Below, piece after piece: positions 1 through 12,924 of a stretch of 64,000 bases of DNA. The DNA comes from Lama glama (taxonomy: Eukaryota). A program made the translations under genes and the position numbers. Below the pieces are notes generated by a model. The model saw only the letters and a list, made by a program, of their open reading frames with translations, did no database searches and had not been told where the DNA came from. The stretch lies in NCBI GenBank assembly GCA_028534125.1, contig CM052817.1, positions 48,858,001 through 48,922,000 on the forward strand, given 5' to 3'. Every line of letters starts with the position of its first letter. The first letter of the stretch is position 1.

Positions 1-1622
1 GAACAAATGTAACTGTTAAGATAATGATTATTCTATTAAAAATACAATCATGTAATAATGTATTTGGATCAATAGATAGATGTATATTCAATTACTTGTT
101 TTCATGTTGTCTCCATTAATTTTCTCATTTTGTTTTCAAAATTTTAATAAGTCAGAAATTTATCCAGCTTACTATCATTTTTTTTCTTACCAGATGTCCT
201 ATTAAATACAAACTCAATGATAAAATGTATACATACGCTGATCTTGGGAAACTAAAGTATGTTTTCTGTTTTTTTTTTTTTTTTTTTTTTTGCAAATTAG
301 GCCATATGGAAATAGATGTCAAGCCAATTAAGCCTTACTATCTATAATCTACAGGTCTGGCCTATTTTTTTCCATTTGTGAATTCAAAATAGTAATATAA
401 CCTATTCCATATGGCTGCTATAGGAATAAACTGAGATAGTTATGTAGTTTTGATAATTTAGTAAGGACTTGAGATATTGGTTGAAAGTAAATTTTAGCAT
501 TTATTAATTTTACTTTATCTTTTCTAGACCATTACATTTCACAGATTGATCAATTTTTACAACTCATTCACAATGTGCTTTCTCACTTGAATCTCATAGC
601 AACCAAAATTATGAGAAAATGAAAGTTCAAAGACAGTAATGACTTATATAAGGTCACACAAGGGAATAAGCAGCCTTCTCTGATCTAATGCTGTTATTAT
701 TATATCATAGATCACTGAGTTGTATTTTAGATCATAAAACATGTAGACAATGTGATGCACTGAAAATATTTGTTGTAGAGACTCTCAAAATTTTGTCACT
801 TTCTCCCCAAATTATTTCACATTCTTTATTTTCTGTTTTATTAATCTTTCTCTTTATTTAACTTCTTCATATAAGTTTTAAATTATTTTAGACTCTGCCA
901 TTATCCATTGACCAAATAAACAGAAATATTTTACATCACATTTAAAGTTCTGAAAGTATCCTTTGAGTATGTAGGTGTTTTTCAAGTTAAGAATTATAAT
1001 TCTTCCATGGGTTTATCTTCAAATAGGAAATTTGGGGTGCCTAACTCAGACATCATTTCTGAGAGGATCCATGAAGCTACATGGGAGAGGATCCACCATG
1101 TTCTACGTGGGAAATGTATCATTTCCTTTCACTCTATTTGTACCAAAATTAGAGTTCAAGAACACTGTTAAATAATTAAAGTGTATTTAAACTCATATCC
1201 TATATAAATTGTTCTAAGAAATTTTACTTTGGAGATAAGAAAAATCATAAGTTTAACATAGTATTTTACTCTACTGTCTTCGTGTGTGACCAGGAATAAA
1301 ATAAAACTAGTAAGTTCGAGGAGTGTTCCACTTGTCAAAAAAAAAAAAGTTTGGTAATAAAATCCCCAATTTTTCTTCATTTTGTAAAATAATGTTATTT
1401 TTCATTTCCTGTTGGAAAATAATTTAGTGTATAATGCTATGGCCCCACCAAATTAAAATTAAAATTAGCCCATTTTGCCTGTTCCCGTAACAGACTTAAT
1501 TTATCCATCGACACTATTTTAGATTTTATGATTGTGTTGATAAATCCATGAACCTTGTCTAGTGTTTATTTTTGTGTTTTGCTTATTTACCTGTGTTGTC
1601 TTCTTTGATGTTTCCTTAGTTT

Positions 1623-2084
1623 TTAGATCTCAGTTGAAGTAATTTGGACTGTGGTGGTCTCGGGTGTACTTGTGGTGATGAATTCTGAGGAAGCTTCTGC
1701 AATAACTACAGTGTTCACTACTGGTTCAGCGGTAGGTATGACTGGAGGTTCAGCAGTAGCAACAGTATTGATGGCGGGGATGACTGTTTTATCCTGGGTT
1801 TTCTTTGGGGGAATGGCAATAAATGATGGACGTGGACGTGGCCGACGTTCCACAGTAGGTGGGTCGATATTTGGCAGGGCTTGGCACTGAGGAATTTGAG
1901 CATGTAGTCTAATTGCAACTGGCTTTGCATAATTTGGATAAGGAATAAATTGGTTATTAATTGGTACAGCTAGTCTGTGTTGGTAGTAATTGATTCCATA
2001 ACTAGGATATCTACTCTGCACAAACTGAATTGGGAAATATTTGACTGTTTTTTCATTGAGCAATCTTTCTACCTTCTCACAGCA
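1623..2084 (-). CDS. CSN3: CSN3 exon 4 coding part (exon spans 1591..2084, 494 nt)
   Basis: Acceptor ttgcag|TGC at 2084; TAA at 1623-1625; donor CAG|gtaaat at 1591/1590. Confidence 0.97.
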   Translation of the reverse strand, partial: CCEKVERLLNEKTVKYFPIQFVQSRYPSYGINYYQHRLAVPINNQFIPYPNYAKPVAIRLHAQIPQCQALPNIDPPTVERRPRPRPSFIAIPPKKTQDKTVIPAINTVATAEPPVIPTAEPVVNTVVIAEASSEFITTSTPETTTVQITSTEI

Positions 2085-5000
2085 CTGCAAAAAGAACAAA
2101 TTATGAAGAATGGTATTATTGTAAGCTAGAATGTAGAGATAATTTAAATCAGAATTTTTTGAAATAATGTTACAGTATTTGATGTTAAGTAGGTACAGTG
2201 TTGGAAATAGTGAACCCAATAACCATAATATTTTACAAGATGTGAATTTTTACACTTTTCTTTCACTTCTTGATTTTCAGCAAGTATTAAAAATAACACT
2301 AGTTTCAAAAAATTAGGTAAGATAATTCATAATGTAAATCACATTGCCCAGAGCTTGGCGTATATAAAAAGTGCTCAGGAAATGTTGCATATTATAAGTA
2401 CAACAATAAGACAAATCTCATAGAGAGCTTTGGCATACTCTGCACAAACATACTACACACACAGGAAAAATATGTACATATTTTTTCATATTTATATGTA
2501 TATATATGTATTCTCACCACATGTTTGTAATTGTTTACAGATTTTATTTACCTAGAGATAAGGCTGAGGGCACATCCCCCCACCAACCTAATTATATCAG
2601 AATAGAAAAATAAAGTGATGTAGGAGACTTCCTGGATGTATATTTTGGATTTTTTTCAGCTTAATTTTATCTGTTAAATATCAGTAAGGAAATTTTCGAT
2701 TTTTATTTGACTCCATTCTATTGATTATGTGCAATTATAAAAATATGTCATTAGATCTTTCCATATAAATAGAAACAAATCAACAAAATTACACTGCAAA
2801 GCAAATATTTCTCATAAAAGAAGACATATTTACGTATTCATTCAAACAGAATGTTGGGGAAACAAAAGGAGAAAGTAAATATAAGTGTACGAGAAGTATT
2901 CAAAGATGGATCTTTCCCCAAGTCTTAAAAAGTAGGCAGGAGAAATACTAAACTTTACTTTTGTTTTCATTTTTTTCCAGTACTAAATTCTGAGAGAGTT
3001 TTCTCATATTGCTAAATACACATGAAAGCCAAAAGACGTGGCTTGGTCTATAAGATGATACCAAGATTTTTAGAAGAACTTTGAGATTAATTCACATGAT
3101 TGATTGCTAACATGATGACTTTTACACAGATTATTAGATTATTTTATGGGGTTTAAATACTTAGTTTTTAGACAAAAGGCATTTTAATATCATTAAACTT
3201 TGCAGAATAAACTTTGTAGAATTTACTTTGGAGTCCGTGTCTCTACTAGAGACAAACTTACTGTTGGTTGTTCCTGGTTTTGCACCTCTGCACCCTGGTG
3301 AGATTCAGAGAAGTAATAAGAAATACAAAGTTAAAAAAAAAGCAAGAATTTTAGATTTTTTTTTGTGGTTTTAAAGATACCTTTTATATTAAAGACAAAA
3401 CATGTTTTCTTTGTTTTTATTTTAGTATTGTAAATTATTATAAAGCATTTTCCATGGTTAACTAATCTAAAAAGCCTGTGAACCACTCAAGAAGCAACAA
3501 TGATATACTAACTAAATAGTAATAATGAACTCTACAGTTGTCTTTTAAAAATCATTGTCTAGGGAGAAAAATTCAAGGTTGAAGAGACTATGATCATCTG
3601 ACCCCTGTGCCAACAAATACATGTGACATTTGCTTAAATGAAAAATATGAATAACTTATATTCAGTTTGTATTGAATCTATATTGTTAAAAGTAAGAAGA
3701 ATATTGAGAATATATTTCTGCCCTCCTATTAAGATGATTTTTGAAGTTTTCTAGGTTAAAAAAATGGCTCCTAGCATAACATCGATATATAAATGTTATA
3801 TAATTATGCTTTTTAAAAATCAACTTTCATTTGTTTTTATAGTATTTTTCTTAATTCTGAATTGCAACACACATTATGAGTCAGGAATGAGAAACTAATT
3901 TCCATAGGCATGTATATATAAAACTTTAAAACTCCCAAAAGTTTTATAAACTTTTGCGATGAGGTCATAATTTTAAATATTTTAAAATGGTAGTTTGAGT
4001 TTAGGACATCGCACACATATCCCTTGGATATAAAAGGCTCTAGAAACCTTTTGAATGTTGTAGGTATAGAAATTTGAAAAAAATAATAGAATTCAGGGTG
4101 TGTTGAGACAGAGACTTGTTTTTCTCTAAATTTATTAAATCATTTGTTTAAAATTTAAAAAGTAATATGAATATTGTAGAAAGTTTGCCTCCACTCAAAA
4201 ATTCTGATAATCTAGACATCTTAATATAATATTAATTTATATGTATTACATACAACTGCTATACATTCATTTTCGTATCCTGCACCTTATTTTTTTCAAG
4301 AAACTTGATCTCTCATATTTTTTCATTATCTCATAGTTTTTATATTTACATATTTATAGTTTAAAAATAAATGATCAACGATTATGTCCTGAAATGTTTG
4401 TTCATTATTGCTAACCATAAAGCTTTTTTCAAAAAAAAATTTTATTGTATATAGAGGGATGCATAACATCTGGATATCAGTGGCCTTTTAAATAGTTTTC
4501 ATTGATTCCTTAAGATAGTTTTTCAAAAGTGTGGTTTTGGGGGGACAAAAAGTCTTTGTAGAAATTATTAAACTGCTGTAATGAAAAGTTGTGCCAACTT
4601 ATAGCCACCATAAGTCTATGGATTATGCAGTTCATCTCATAATTGCTAGTAATAAATATTATCTTAACTATTTTTATTTTGGAGAGAAGGAATACATTTA
4701 GCACATAAAAGATGCTATCACATTGCTTTTTTTTTGAAGAATTTAATAATTTATTTCTTTTTTTCTTTTTTTAAATTGAAATATAGTCAGTTTACAATAT
4801 TGTGTCAGTTTCTGGTGTACAGCATAATGTTCAGTCATACATATATATACATGTATTCGTTTTCATATTCTTTTTCATTATAGGTTACTACAAGATATTG
4901 AATATAGTTCCTTGTGCTACACAGAAGAAACTTGTTGTTTCACATTACTATTTTAATTTGTATCATTTTGATCATTCATAAGATTGAATGGTAAAAAATC

Positions 5001-6265
5001 TATAAACTTTCATTCTTCCTTTTAATTATTTGTTCATGTCTGTGGGGCCTGCAGCTTTGTGAAAGCAGGAAGGAGTGTCTGTGGGCTCCAGCAGGCTCCA
5101 GTAACTCATAAGTGGTTGCTGCAGGTCAGGCAGTCATGGATCATTTCTGATACAAAGTTCAATCCCTGTTACTCAAAGAGAAAGCCCACTTTCAAAATGT
5201 GCAGGTGCCACAATAAAATCAAATTTCAAAGAATAAATGAAAGAAAATAAATGTGAATGTCATAGTCGTTCAAAATTTTTTAAAAGTTTGACTCCAAGAA
5301 TTTACCTCATAGAATTATTTAGGCGATATTAACTTAAAAACAAGTCTAAATTTAATAATAAGTGAATTATGAAACAAGGACTAAGGGCCTCCCAAATTTT
5401 ACAATCTAAGAGGAGGATGCAAAACATCGTATGTTTGCCTTCCTGTTCTTGCTGTTTGCAAATAAGTGCCTGGGATCGCTGAATGAACATGAAAATAAAG
5501 CAGGGTGATAGCCAAAATGACAATGAAAACAAGTCTAAAAATTAAAAGAAAAAAATCCCCCAAAACCCTCTTCTTTTTCAGATAGCTTTAATACACAGAA
5601 TGTAACTTTTAAAAAAATGCCCGAAAATTAGATTTGATTATGGACAGTATCCCTGGGGAGGAGTCAGTCAGCTGATGTGTTGGGAAGAATATAATAAAAT
5701 GTACAGTATGTTTGACGGTAAAGGTAGATGTGCCAAGGTCTTTGAAACTGGTAAAAAAGCTTAAACAATTTCCCAATCTTTTAAGAATTTAGTCTCTAAA
5801 GTGATTGGGGTCTGTGTGAGATAGGAATTTAATTTAAAACATTTCTGATCCTGAACTATAATTTTTGCATTTATTTTTTGTGAATTATTTTTAGAGCATA
5901 TTATAATTAAAAAATATCTTCAGTATTGTTTTTCCCCAAAAATATATTTTCTCTATCATATGAGAATTTTAAAGATTTTCTATACATGATAAAGTGTGAT
6001 TTCTTAATTCTTGAAAACTGATGTCCAGAACATCTTTTAAATTTTGTAATAGAGATAAATGTAAAAATGAGTTACTTTTATGAAAATATAGTTAGTATGC
6101 AGCTATTTTGCTCTATAAATATAACTGTATTTAGAAATTTACATAATTAGAGACTTTAAATAAAATTTTCTTAAAGTTTTAATACAAATTCATTAGATGC
6201 AATTAACTCACCAAAAAAGGCAGAGTTAATGCCAGGATAGTCACGACTAGGAAGAAGCTCTTCAT
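1623..6265 (-). CDS. CSN3: kappa-casein precursor, 182 aa; CDS = complement(join(1623..2084,3262..3294,6212..6265))
   Basis: Spliced translation [59 protein letters not shown]...[15 protein letters not shown]...[10 protein letters not shown]. All junctions GT-AG, phase 0. Matches camelid kappa-casein as recalled. Confidence 0.98.
3262..3294 (-). CDS. CSN3: CSN3 exon 3 (33 nt, [11 protein letters not shown])
   Basis: caccag|GGT ... ACA|gtaagt. Confidence 0.96.
4750..4940 (-). mobile_element. L1 3'-end fragment in CSN3 intron 2
   Basis: T-rich tail then antisense L1 3'UTR; close to the reverse complement of 12360-12540 and similar to 27540-27630. Confidence 0.8.
6212..6265 (-). CDS. CSN3: CSN3 exon 2 coding part, signal peptide (exon 6212..6273, 62 nt)
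   Basis: ttttag|GTGCAATC ATG AAG AGC ... TTG|gtgagt. Confidence 0.96.
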
Positions 6266-7984
6266 GATTGCACCTAAAAATAAAGATTAAAAAATTAAAT
6301 TAAAAGGATCTGTTACTAATAATTTAGGAGTGATTTGGAACAATGTTTTCTTTGCTTTAAGGAAAAACCGCACTAGATTTATGGGTAGATATAGCCAATG
6401 TGGTAAATTTATTTTACTAAAAACTTTAGAAAAACCAAACAGTATAATGTGTATGAATTTGACTTTTGGCTATAATATTAAAAGTATCATTACAAGGTTA
6501 ATCATATATTCATTTGACATGTACCAGGAACCTACTAGTAGGCCATTAATAAGGAAAGTCATAGACACAATTTTTTATAAATAATTAAATTACATAAGAA
6601 TTTTATTCTGTTGTAGAGAAGGACAGGTAGTTTGAATAACTTTAAACTTTGTTGGAAAAAAATGTGTCCCTATGTATATACATATATATACACATATATA
6701 ATGTATAGGCACATAATGGTGCCTATAAATATATATGTACATTTCTAGGTACTATTCTTACCTATAAATAAAAATTTTAGCATATATATATAAAGAACAA
6801 GAAGGCACTGTCAAGTGTTGAGATTATCAAGGTGAATTGGTCTTGCTAGTCTTACCCAGTAGCATCAATTGTAGGAAGAGAGTTGCAACAACAAGTCACT
6901 GTTAGAGGAAAGAAAGTCGAAAATGTCACAAAAGTGGCTTTCTACATATAGAAGTTTTCAGTTAAGAAATCAACAAACTACTTGTGTGGGAGATACAGGT
7001 GGGACTTACTCACGCAGAGATTAATAGAGAACCTTCAAATAGAAGAGAAAGCCTTCTGAATATCCATGGGCTTTTAAATGGCGAAAAGGGAAAGATAAAG
7101 TTGGAAAGAAGGTTTAGGGCAGCAAAAGGAGAGGCTTCCCATGCCAGTCTGAAGAGTTAGGCAAGGCTTTGTGAACAAGGGAAACCAGCTGAGTGGTTCA
7201 GGACCAGAGACTGTGTGACTACACATTCCTTTGGAGAACTGAGTTCCATCTCAGGCTCTATCTCTACTTGAGCAATTTTGTCCAAGTAATTTCCTTTATC
7301 TGGGCCTTACTATTCTTACCTATAAATGAAAGTTTGAACTAAAATTTCTAAAATTCTGTAATTCCATGATTGGTCTAACAGGAACATGTAAGATGGAGGA
7401 GATGGAGGGTATACTGAAACTGCATTCTTCACAATTACTTCTCCAGTCATCACGAATGATGAGATTAACTTGATTGTTTTAATAAAAACATAGGTATGAC
7501 AACGACAGGGCTTTGACTGAAATATTTAAAGAAATAAATTAGCCTTATCTTTCTAAAGGAGTATAGGAGTCACACATGCTTATTTGATTTTTTAAAAATA
7601 GTCTTTTTAGAAAGATACATATAACAGTTTAAGCTTTTAATATTTCAGTATATATGGTATTTGTGAAATAAATGCTAACCACATCTTGTTGCAGCTACTG
7701 TTATTGACCTACTTGTATAGATTTGAGATTTGCAAACTGAGTTTTACAAGAGAGGGTCACAGAGTTAAAGTCCAGGCTTGGTAAAGGGAACACACCAGAC
7801 TCCATTTGCTTTTGATTCACAGATAATAATGATTAGAAAGACTATCTACTAAGCTGATTTCAGAACCTCTGATGGGATATCATTGGTTGGAAAAGAACTC
7901 ATGTGAGATCTACAAGCAAACTCAAGTTTCAATGAAAAGAATGGAGTTCCCTATTAATTCTTCACTTGCCAGTTACCTTTTTTC

Positions 7985-8165
7985 ATTTTTTAACACAAAT
8001 ATATTAGACATATAACATTGTGTAAATTTAAACTATATGACATGTTGATTTGATATATTTATATATTGTAATGTGATTGCCATTGTAGTGATAATTACCA
8101 CTTCTATCATGTCACAATTATCATTTCTTTTTTGTAATTGGAATAGTTAAGATCTCTCTTAGAAT
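7985..8165 (-). mobile_element. Old L1 (L1MA-like) 3'-end fragment in CSN3 intron 1
   Basis: 'gacatataacattgtgtaaatttaa...catgttgatttgatatattt...gttaagatct', similar to the 24465 and 56950 copies. Confidence 0.6.
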
Positions 8166-8794
8166 GTTTTCAATTCAAGCAGAATTATAACACATATACA
8201 GATTTACACACACAGTCACACACAAGCAATCTGTAAAATGATAGTAGTTCTTCTTTTTTAGCATAAACAGAAATCAGAGAGATAAGACCATACTTTACTT
8301 ATGTTACTTAAACCAACGAGTACTTGATGGAAAAGTCTATGAAACAGCAGAACTATTCAGCTTTCGTGAGGGTAAGTAACTCATAATTTTTTAAAAAGTT
8401 ATACTATAACAAATAAAATTATAATCTTTAGCTAGAAATAAAAATTTTAAATTAATTAAGGGGTCAATCTGGATTATTATGACACATTCATCTTTCTGAG
8501 AAGTTAGCCCTCCACATTTGTCTGTAGGAATAAGTTCATTGTCTTGAACAACTTTTCTTTACAATTTACATTGTCTTCAGTAGTTTGGCCAGTAGTGAAG
8601 ATAAAAATAACCCAAAGTGAAGTTAAAAATAAATTTAATCATAACATTATACAGAATCTAAGGTTTAGGTTAGAAACTAATGTCAAAATGATGCCAAGGC
8701 ATATTCAAGCTTAGCAATAAAAGCTAAGAGGAAGAAATTATGACTAACTCCTGTGAAAAAGAGTCATTCTCTCTGGACATTTCAATATGATTAC

Positions 8795-8859
8795 CTTCCC
8801 TTGTGCCCGTCAGGTCTTGCTTGGCAGTAGGTTGAGTTGGCCTCTCAACTGTAAAGAAG
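8795..8859 (-). other. CSN3: CSN3 non-coding exon 1 (5' end approximate)
   Basis: ...CAACTCAACCTACTGCCAAGCAAGACCTGACGGGCACAAGGGAAG|gtaatc resembles the kappa-casein 5'UTR; TATA-like element about 25-30 nt upstream. Confidence 0.85.
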
Positions 8860-8910
8860 ACCCAAAGTAAATAACTGGAGACTAATTAAAGGGTATTAGT
8901 GCTTTGCATC
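8860..8910 (-). promoter_or_regulatory. CSN3 core promoter: TATA-like TTTAATTA (8883-8890) and octamer-like ATGCAAAG (8902-8909)
   Basis: Motifs read directly, at the expected distance from exon 1. Confidence 0.65.
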
Positions 8911-9695
8911 ATGTGATTTATCTTCCTCCTACATTACACCCAATAGGAAGATGACAAAAAGGAAAGATTTGACGATAGCAGAGTCATCTTTGTGTCAACT
9001 GTGGTTAGTGAAATGCATAGGAGGAAATAGAGCTGTCATTTATAAAGCTTGAAAAGAGACTATCCACCTTTTTAAAGAATGCATTTTTATGTTTTATGAA
9101 AAAATATAGAGGAGTTTTAAAAAATTAATTGCATTCTCAATCAACTAATTCCACCTATTTGAATTGGAAGGTATTGTTAAAATGATAATAGCTGGTCACA
9201 ACACTTTAATATTTCAAATGTTTCTTTTTAGTTTAAGAACCTGGATATCAAGTGACCCTCTATCTATATTATGGGCTGTGGTTGGTCATCTTCCTTCCGG
9301 AATTACAATCATTGATTTTTAAAAATTAGAAAACCGACCATTTCTTAAATACCCAAGAGCAACTTCATACCAGTTAAATCTAAATATGAAATATTTTAAT
9401 CAATATAAAGTAGCAAAGCCATTTGCATTTTATTCTTCAGTAAGTTCATGGTATAAGCATTCAATGTATACTTGCTGATTGATTAACCTTTTATGAATCA
9501 AAGTTGCATTTAGATTTTTAAATTTCAATAATACAAGTGAAACATTCTGGAAATACAAAATTAAATCATTGAATTCAGAATAATTGTTTTGTTTCAAAGA
9601 CAGCTTATTCTAAGTTACAAAGTATATATCATAAAATTTTCAATATGGGGGATATTTTGGTAAAATATAGCTAACCAAATAATTTGCTTAGATGA

Positions 9696-9992
9696 TTCAG
9701 AGAAGAATATTTTCTTTTGCATACATTTCTCTGGGGAAAAAAATGTTAACTGTGACTTCACCTTAGCTATGAAGTCCTTGGCCAGATTGAGGTATTTACA
9801 GGAATCAATGAGGACTGCCAGAACACAAACAAGAAATAATAAGAGCATTGTGTTGTAGTCCTCTTTTTCTTAGAAGTAATTCATGTCTTAGAAAGTTAGG
9901 AGTGATGTTTAGGACCCGAAAATGTTTATTCAGTTTGCACAAAGTTGAGATTTTCTATTTCTCAGAATAGTTGGCTTCTGCTGTTCAGAGAA
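9696..9992. promoter_or_regulatory. Cluster of four GAS (STAT5-type TTCNNNGAA) motifs, candidate CSN3 proximal enhancer
   Basis: TTCAGAGAA 9696-9704, TTCTTAGAA 9867-9875, TTCTCAGAA 9959-9967, TTCAGAGAA 9984-9992. Confidence 0.6.
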
Positions 9993-12029
9993 AGATGGCA
10001 GAGTTTCAAAATTGCTAAAAGAAGCTGCTAAAGGAAGAAGACCAGCCATTCTATTTGGACTGTTCAGTCACATCATTTTCCTTTGATCATTAGGGTCAAA
10101 TGATGCTTCGAAGACTATGGTCTGATCAGTCCCCAAATCATGAAGGTGCTCTATTCTGCATGGTAATTTCTCAACCATTGATTTAGAGTCGTAGAATGAT
10201 ACTGACTTTCAGTTGAGTCTTTATTTAATTCACAAGTACCAGAGGATCAGAATACCTTCAATGATACTGTTTTGTCAGCATAATGTATTTCACCTGGGAA
10301 TGCTTGGCATCCTCACCCCTACTGACAGAAAAACAGTTCTACAGCAGGGCTCTCCCATCTATTTTAGACACTAACCTAGGTCTCTTGGGAACTTTGCAAA
10401 ACTGGATATTATTCTTTGAGCACTTAAATTATTTCAGATACTGTTCCTGACATTAAGGATTAATTAGTAACCAAAGCAGGCAAAAATTGTTGCCCTTGTG
10501 AAGCTGATAGTCTAACGCTTACCCAGTACTAGTGACACTGAACATTCCTCATGTCGTATTTATTGACCTAAGGCAATCTAAGAGAGCTAAAAGACTTTTG
10601 AGTGATTGTTGTAGATGATCTAGGTGGATTCTATATTGGAGCTATTCAGATACCCTGGTGTTTTCCAAAGTAGAGCAAAGGGAGAATCAGAATTCCTATG
10701 AAAAGAAATCTCCCAGGATGTTGGGTTGATGTTGAACAAAGCCTCAAAACTTACTGTGTTTGTGATCTATAACTGATCCACCAGCCTTGATCTAGTCACA
10801 TATTCATCTGAGGGGCCAAAGCCAACTCCTGAAACATCCCTGGAGTATGGGAGGAGGACCAGCAGGGCTTCTCAGTCAAGCAACAGCTTCCTCTTTTTTA
10901 GATACTGATAGACAATATCCATTTATTTAACTCTCACACAGTGGAGCTATTATGTTTTGTGAGAAGTTCATATTTCTAGCACTGTGAAATAAATATTTTT
11001 GTAGTAAGTGAAATGATGATTATTGACTTATTTGCATTCTTTTACCCATAACAACTTCCTCTTATTCTGTTAGTGTTTTTACATCTGATATGTACTTTAT
11101 TTTCTTTTGGTGTATTCATATGCATGTGGTTTTATTATTATTTTTGGTCCCACTTTATTTTTCAGCAACTTCATTAGTGTCAGGCTTATCTCAATACTCT
11201 ACTGTATGCTTGAAGTACAACAGTGTTTGTGATAGTTGCAGCGTAAATCACTATCAACTCTCTATATGACTAATTCTTAAGACATCAGAAAAGTAACATT
11301 TTAGTGCAGAAATTTGTATGTTTCAAAATCTTGAAGGTTAATTCTAGTGAATAACATCAAAAGCAAAATGCATAACCATAACTGGCAAAAAGAACCACCA
11401 CTCTAAAATATATAGTTGGCATGTTATGGTACTAAAATTATGAGACCTTCCATATTGTGTACTGTACAATGACTGGGTTTATATTACCATGAGTAAAGTG
11501 CATAGATATTATTCTAAAACACATAGATTCATTTTTAGAATCAAAGGGGCTGGCCCAAGAACTTCCTCAATAAAAATGTGAAGTAGATATATAAAATACC
11601 TTCAGATTCTCTCATGAGGTCCCCCAAAACACTGCTTAAAATAATATGGTGAGGATTTCTCATTCAAGATATGCATTGGAGCACATGTTTAATAGGCCCC
11701 TTGAAAAATAACAGTGAAAGCAAAGAAAAGTTAAGAGAATAGATGGGGAAAAGAAAAAGAAGATGGAAGGGGAAGTGGGTGGGGGAGTGAAGGAGGAGGA
11801 GAAAGAGAGAAAATGGGATACTCAGTGTCACTCAGGAACTGGTAATTACCTTGACAGCTATGCTGGCTAACCCTGACTCATTGTCTTAAAGCTCTTCTTA
11901 GAGGGAAAACTATGAGTTGACCTGTCTTGTTAATTTTCAGAATATCCAAATCCAGGAAAGATATCTAGAGGGGAAACAAGCCTGCAGGACTGTAGAGGAA
12001 AACAAAGCATTTCAAACTTTCATCCTTTG

Positions 12030-12548
12030 ATACATATTTATACAATGGAATACTACTCAGCCATAAAAAATAATAAAATAATGCCACTTGTAGCAACACA
12101 GATAGACCTGGAGATTGTCATTGTAAGTGAAGTAAGCCAGAAAGAGAAAGAAAAATGCCATATGAATTCACTTGTATGTGGAATCTAAAACAAACAAACA
12201 CACATACAAACAAAAAACCAAATGAACTTATTTACAAAACAGAAACAGATTCATAGACATAGAAAACAAAATTGTGGTTACTGGTGGGGGAAGGAGGTGG
12301 GAAGGATTAAATTGGTAGTTTGAGATTTACAGATACTAATAAATATATAAAAAATTAGATAAACAACAAGTTTATACTGTATGGCACAGGGAACTATATT
12401 CAATTTCTTACAGTAACATGGTGAAAAAGAATATGAAAACAAATATATGTATATTCATGTATGACTAAAGCATTATGCTGTACACCAGAAATTGACACAT
12501 TGTAAACTGACTATAACTCAATAAAAAAAACATATATACAAAAAAAGA
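12030..12548 (+). mobile_element. 5'-truncated L1: ORF2 C-terminus, 3'UTR and A-rich tail
   Basis: 'acaatggaatactactcagccataaaaaa' (TMEYYSAIK) through aataaaaaaaa. Confidence 0.9.
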
Positions 12549-12924
12549 TGAACAAGATCTAATATATATGTAATAAGAGTTCAAAGATATCTCAGAACTG
12601 AGATCACAGTAGGTAGAATTACATTAAACCAATAATAGAAAACAACCCCCAGGCTTGGATAAAGACTTTGCACTTTACTTTGGAAGACTTTGTGAAATAC
12701 CACATAATGAAAGTTGTAAAAAATCAAATTCAGTTAAAATCTTAATATTATAAAAATCAAAAGAAAATCCTAAATATGAATAGAAATAAAAAGGAAACTA
12801 ATATGAATCAGAGCCCATGAACACTATATGCCAAAAGACTATAAGACAATGTTTATCAAATTTTGTTTAATGATTTGAACCTAGAATGTAGAGCCAGTCC
12901 AACTTTATTTTAAGAATGAAGTCA

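Noticed and set aside
1..1590. CSN3 exon 5
   Set aside because: No convincing acceptor plus 3'UTR identified; probably lies beyond the window's left edge.
1715..1762. TAEP..TAEP internal repeat in the caseinomacropeptide
   Set aside because: A similar TxEP pair occurs in other kappa-caseins as I recall; not novel.
1651..1930. Antisense and alternative-frame ORFs over CSN3 exon 4
   Set aside because: Shadows of a Thr/Pro/Val-rich coding exon; no independent support.
2085..2219. N-terminal part of ORF 1623..2219 (MGSLFPTLY...)
   Set aside because: Intron 3 read-through upstream of the exon 4 acceptor at 2084; the real N-terminus comes from exons 2-3.
2552..2587. 36-nt AG..GT segment in CSN3 intron 3 ending in an in-frame TAG (possible poison exon)
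   Set aside because: Weak acceptor; such pseudo-exons are common and there is no transcript evidence.
11899..12004. Three short tagagg(g)aaac repeats; also GAGAGGATCC twice at 1061-1094
   Set aside because: Too short and irregular to distinguish from chance or local slippage; no array structure.
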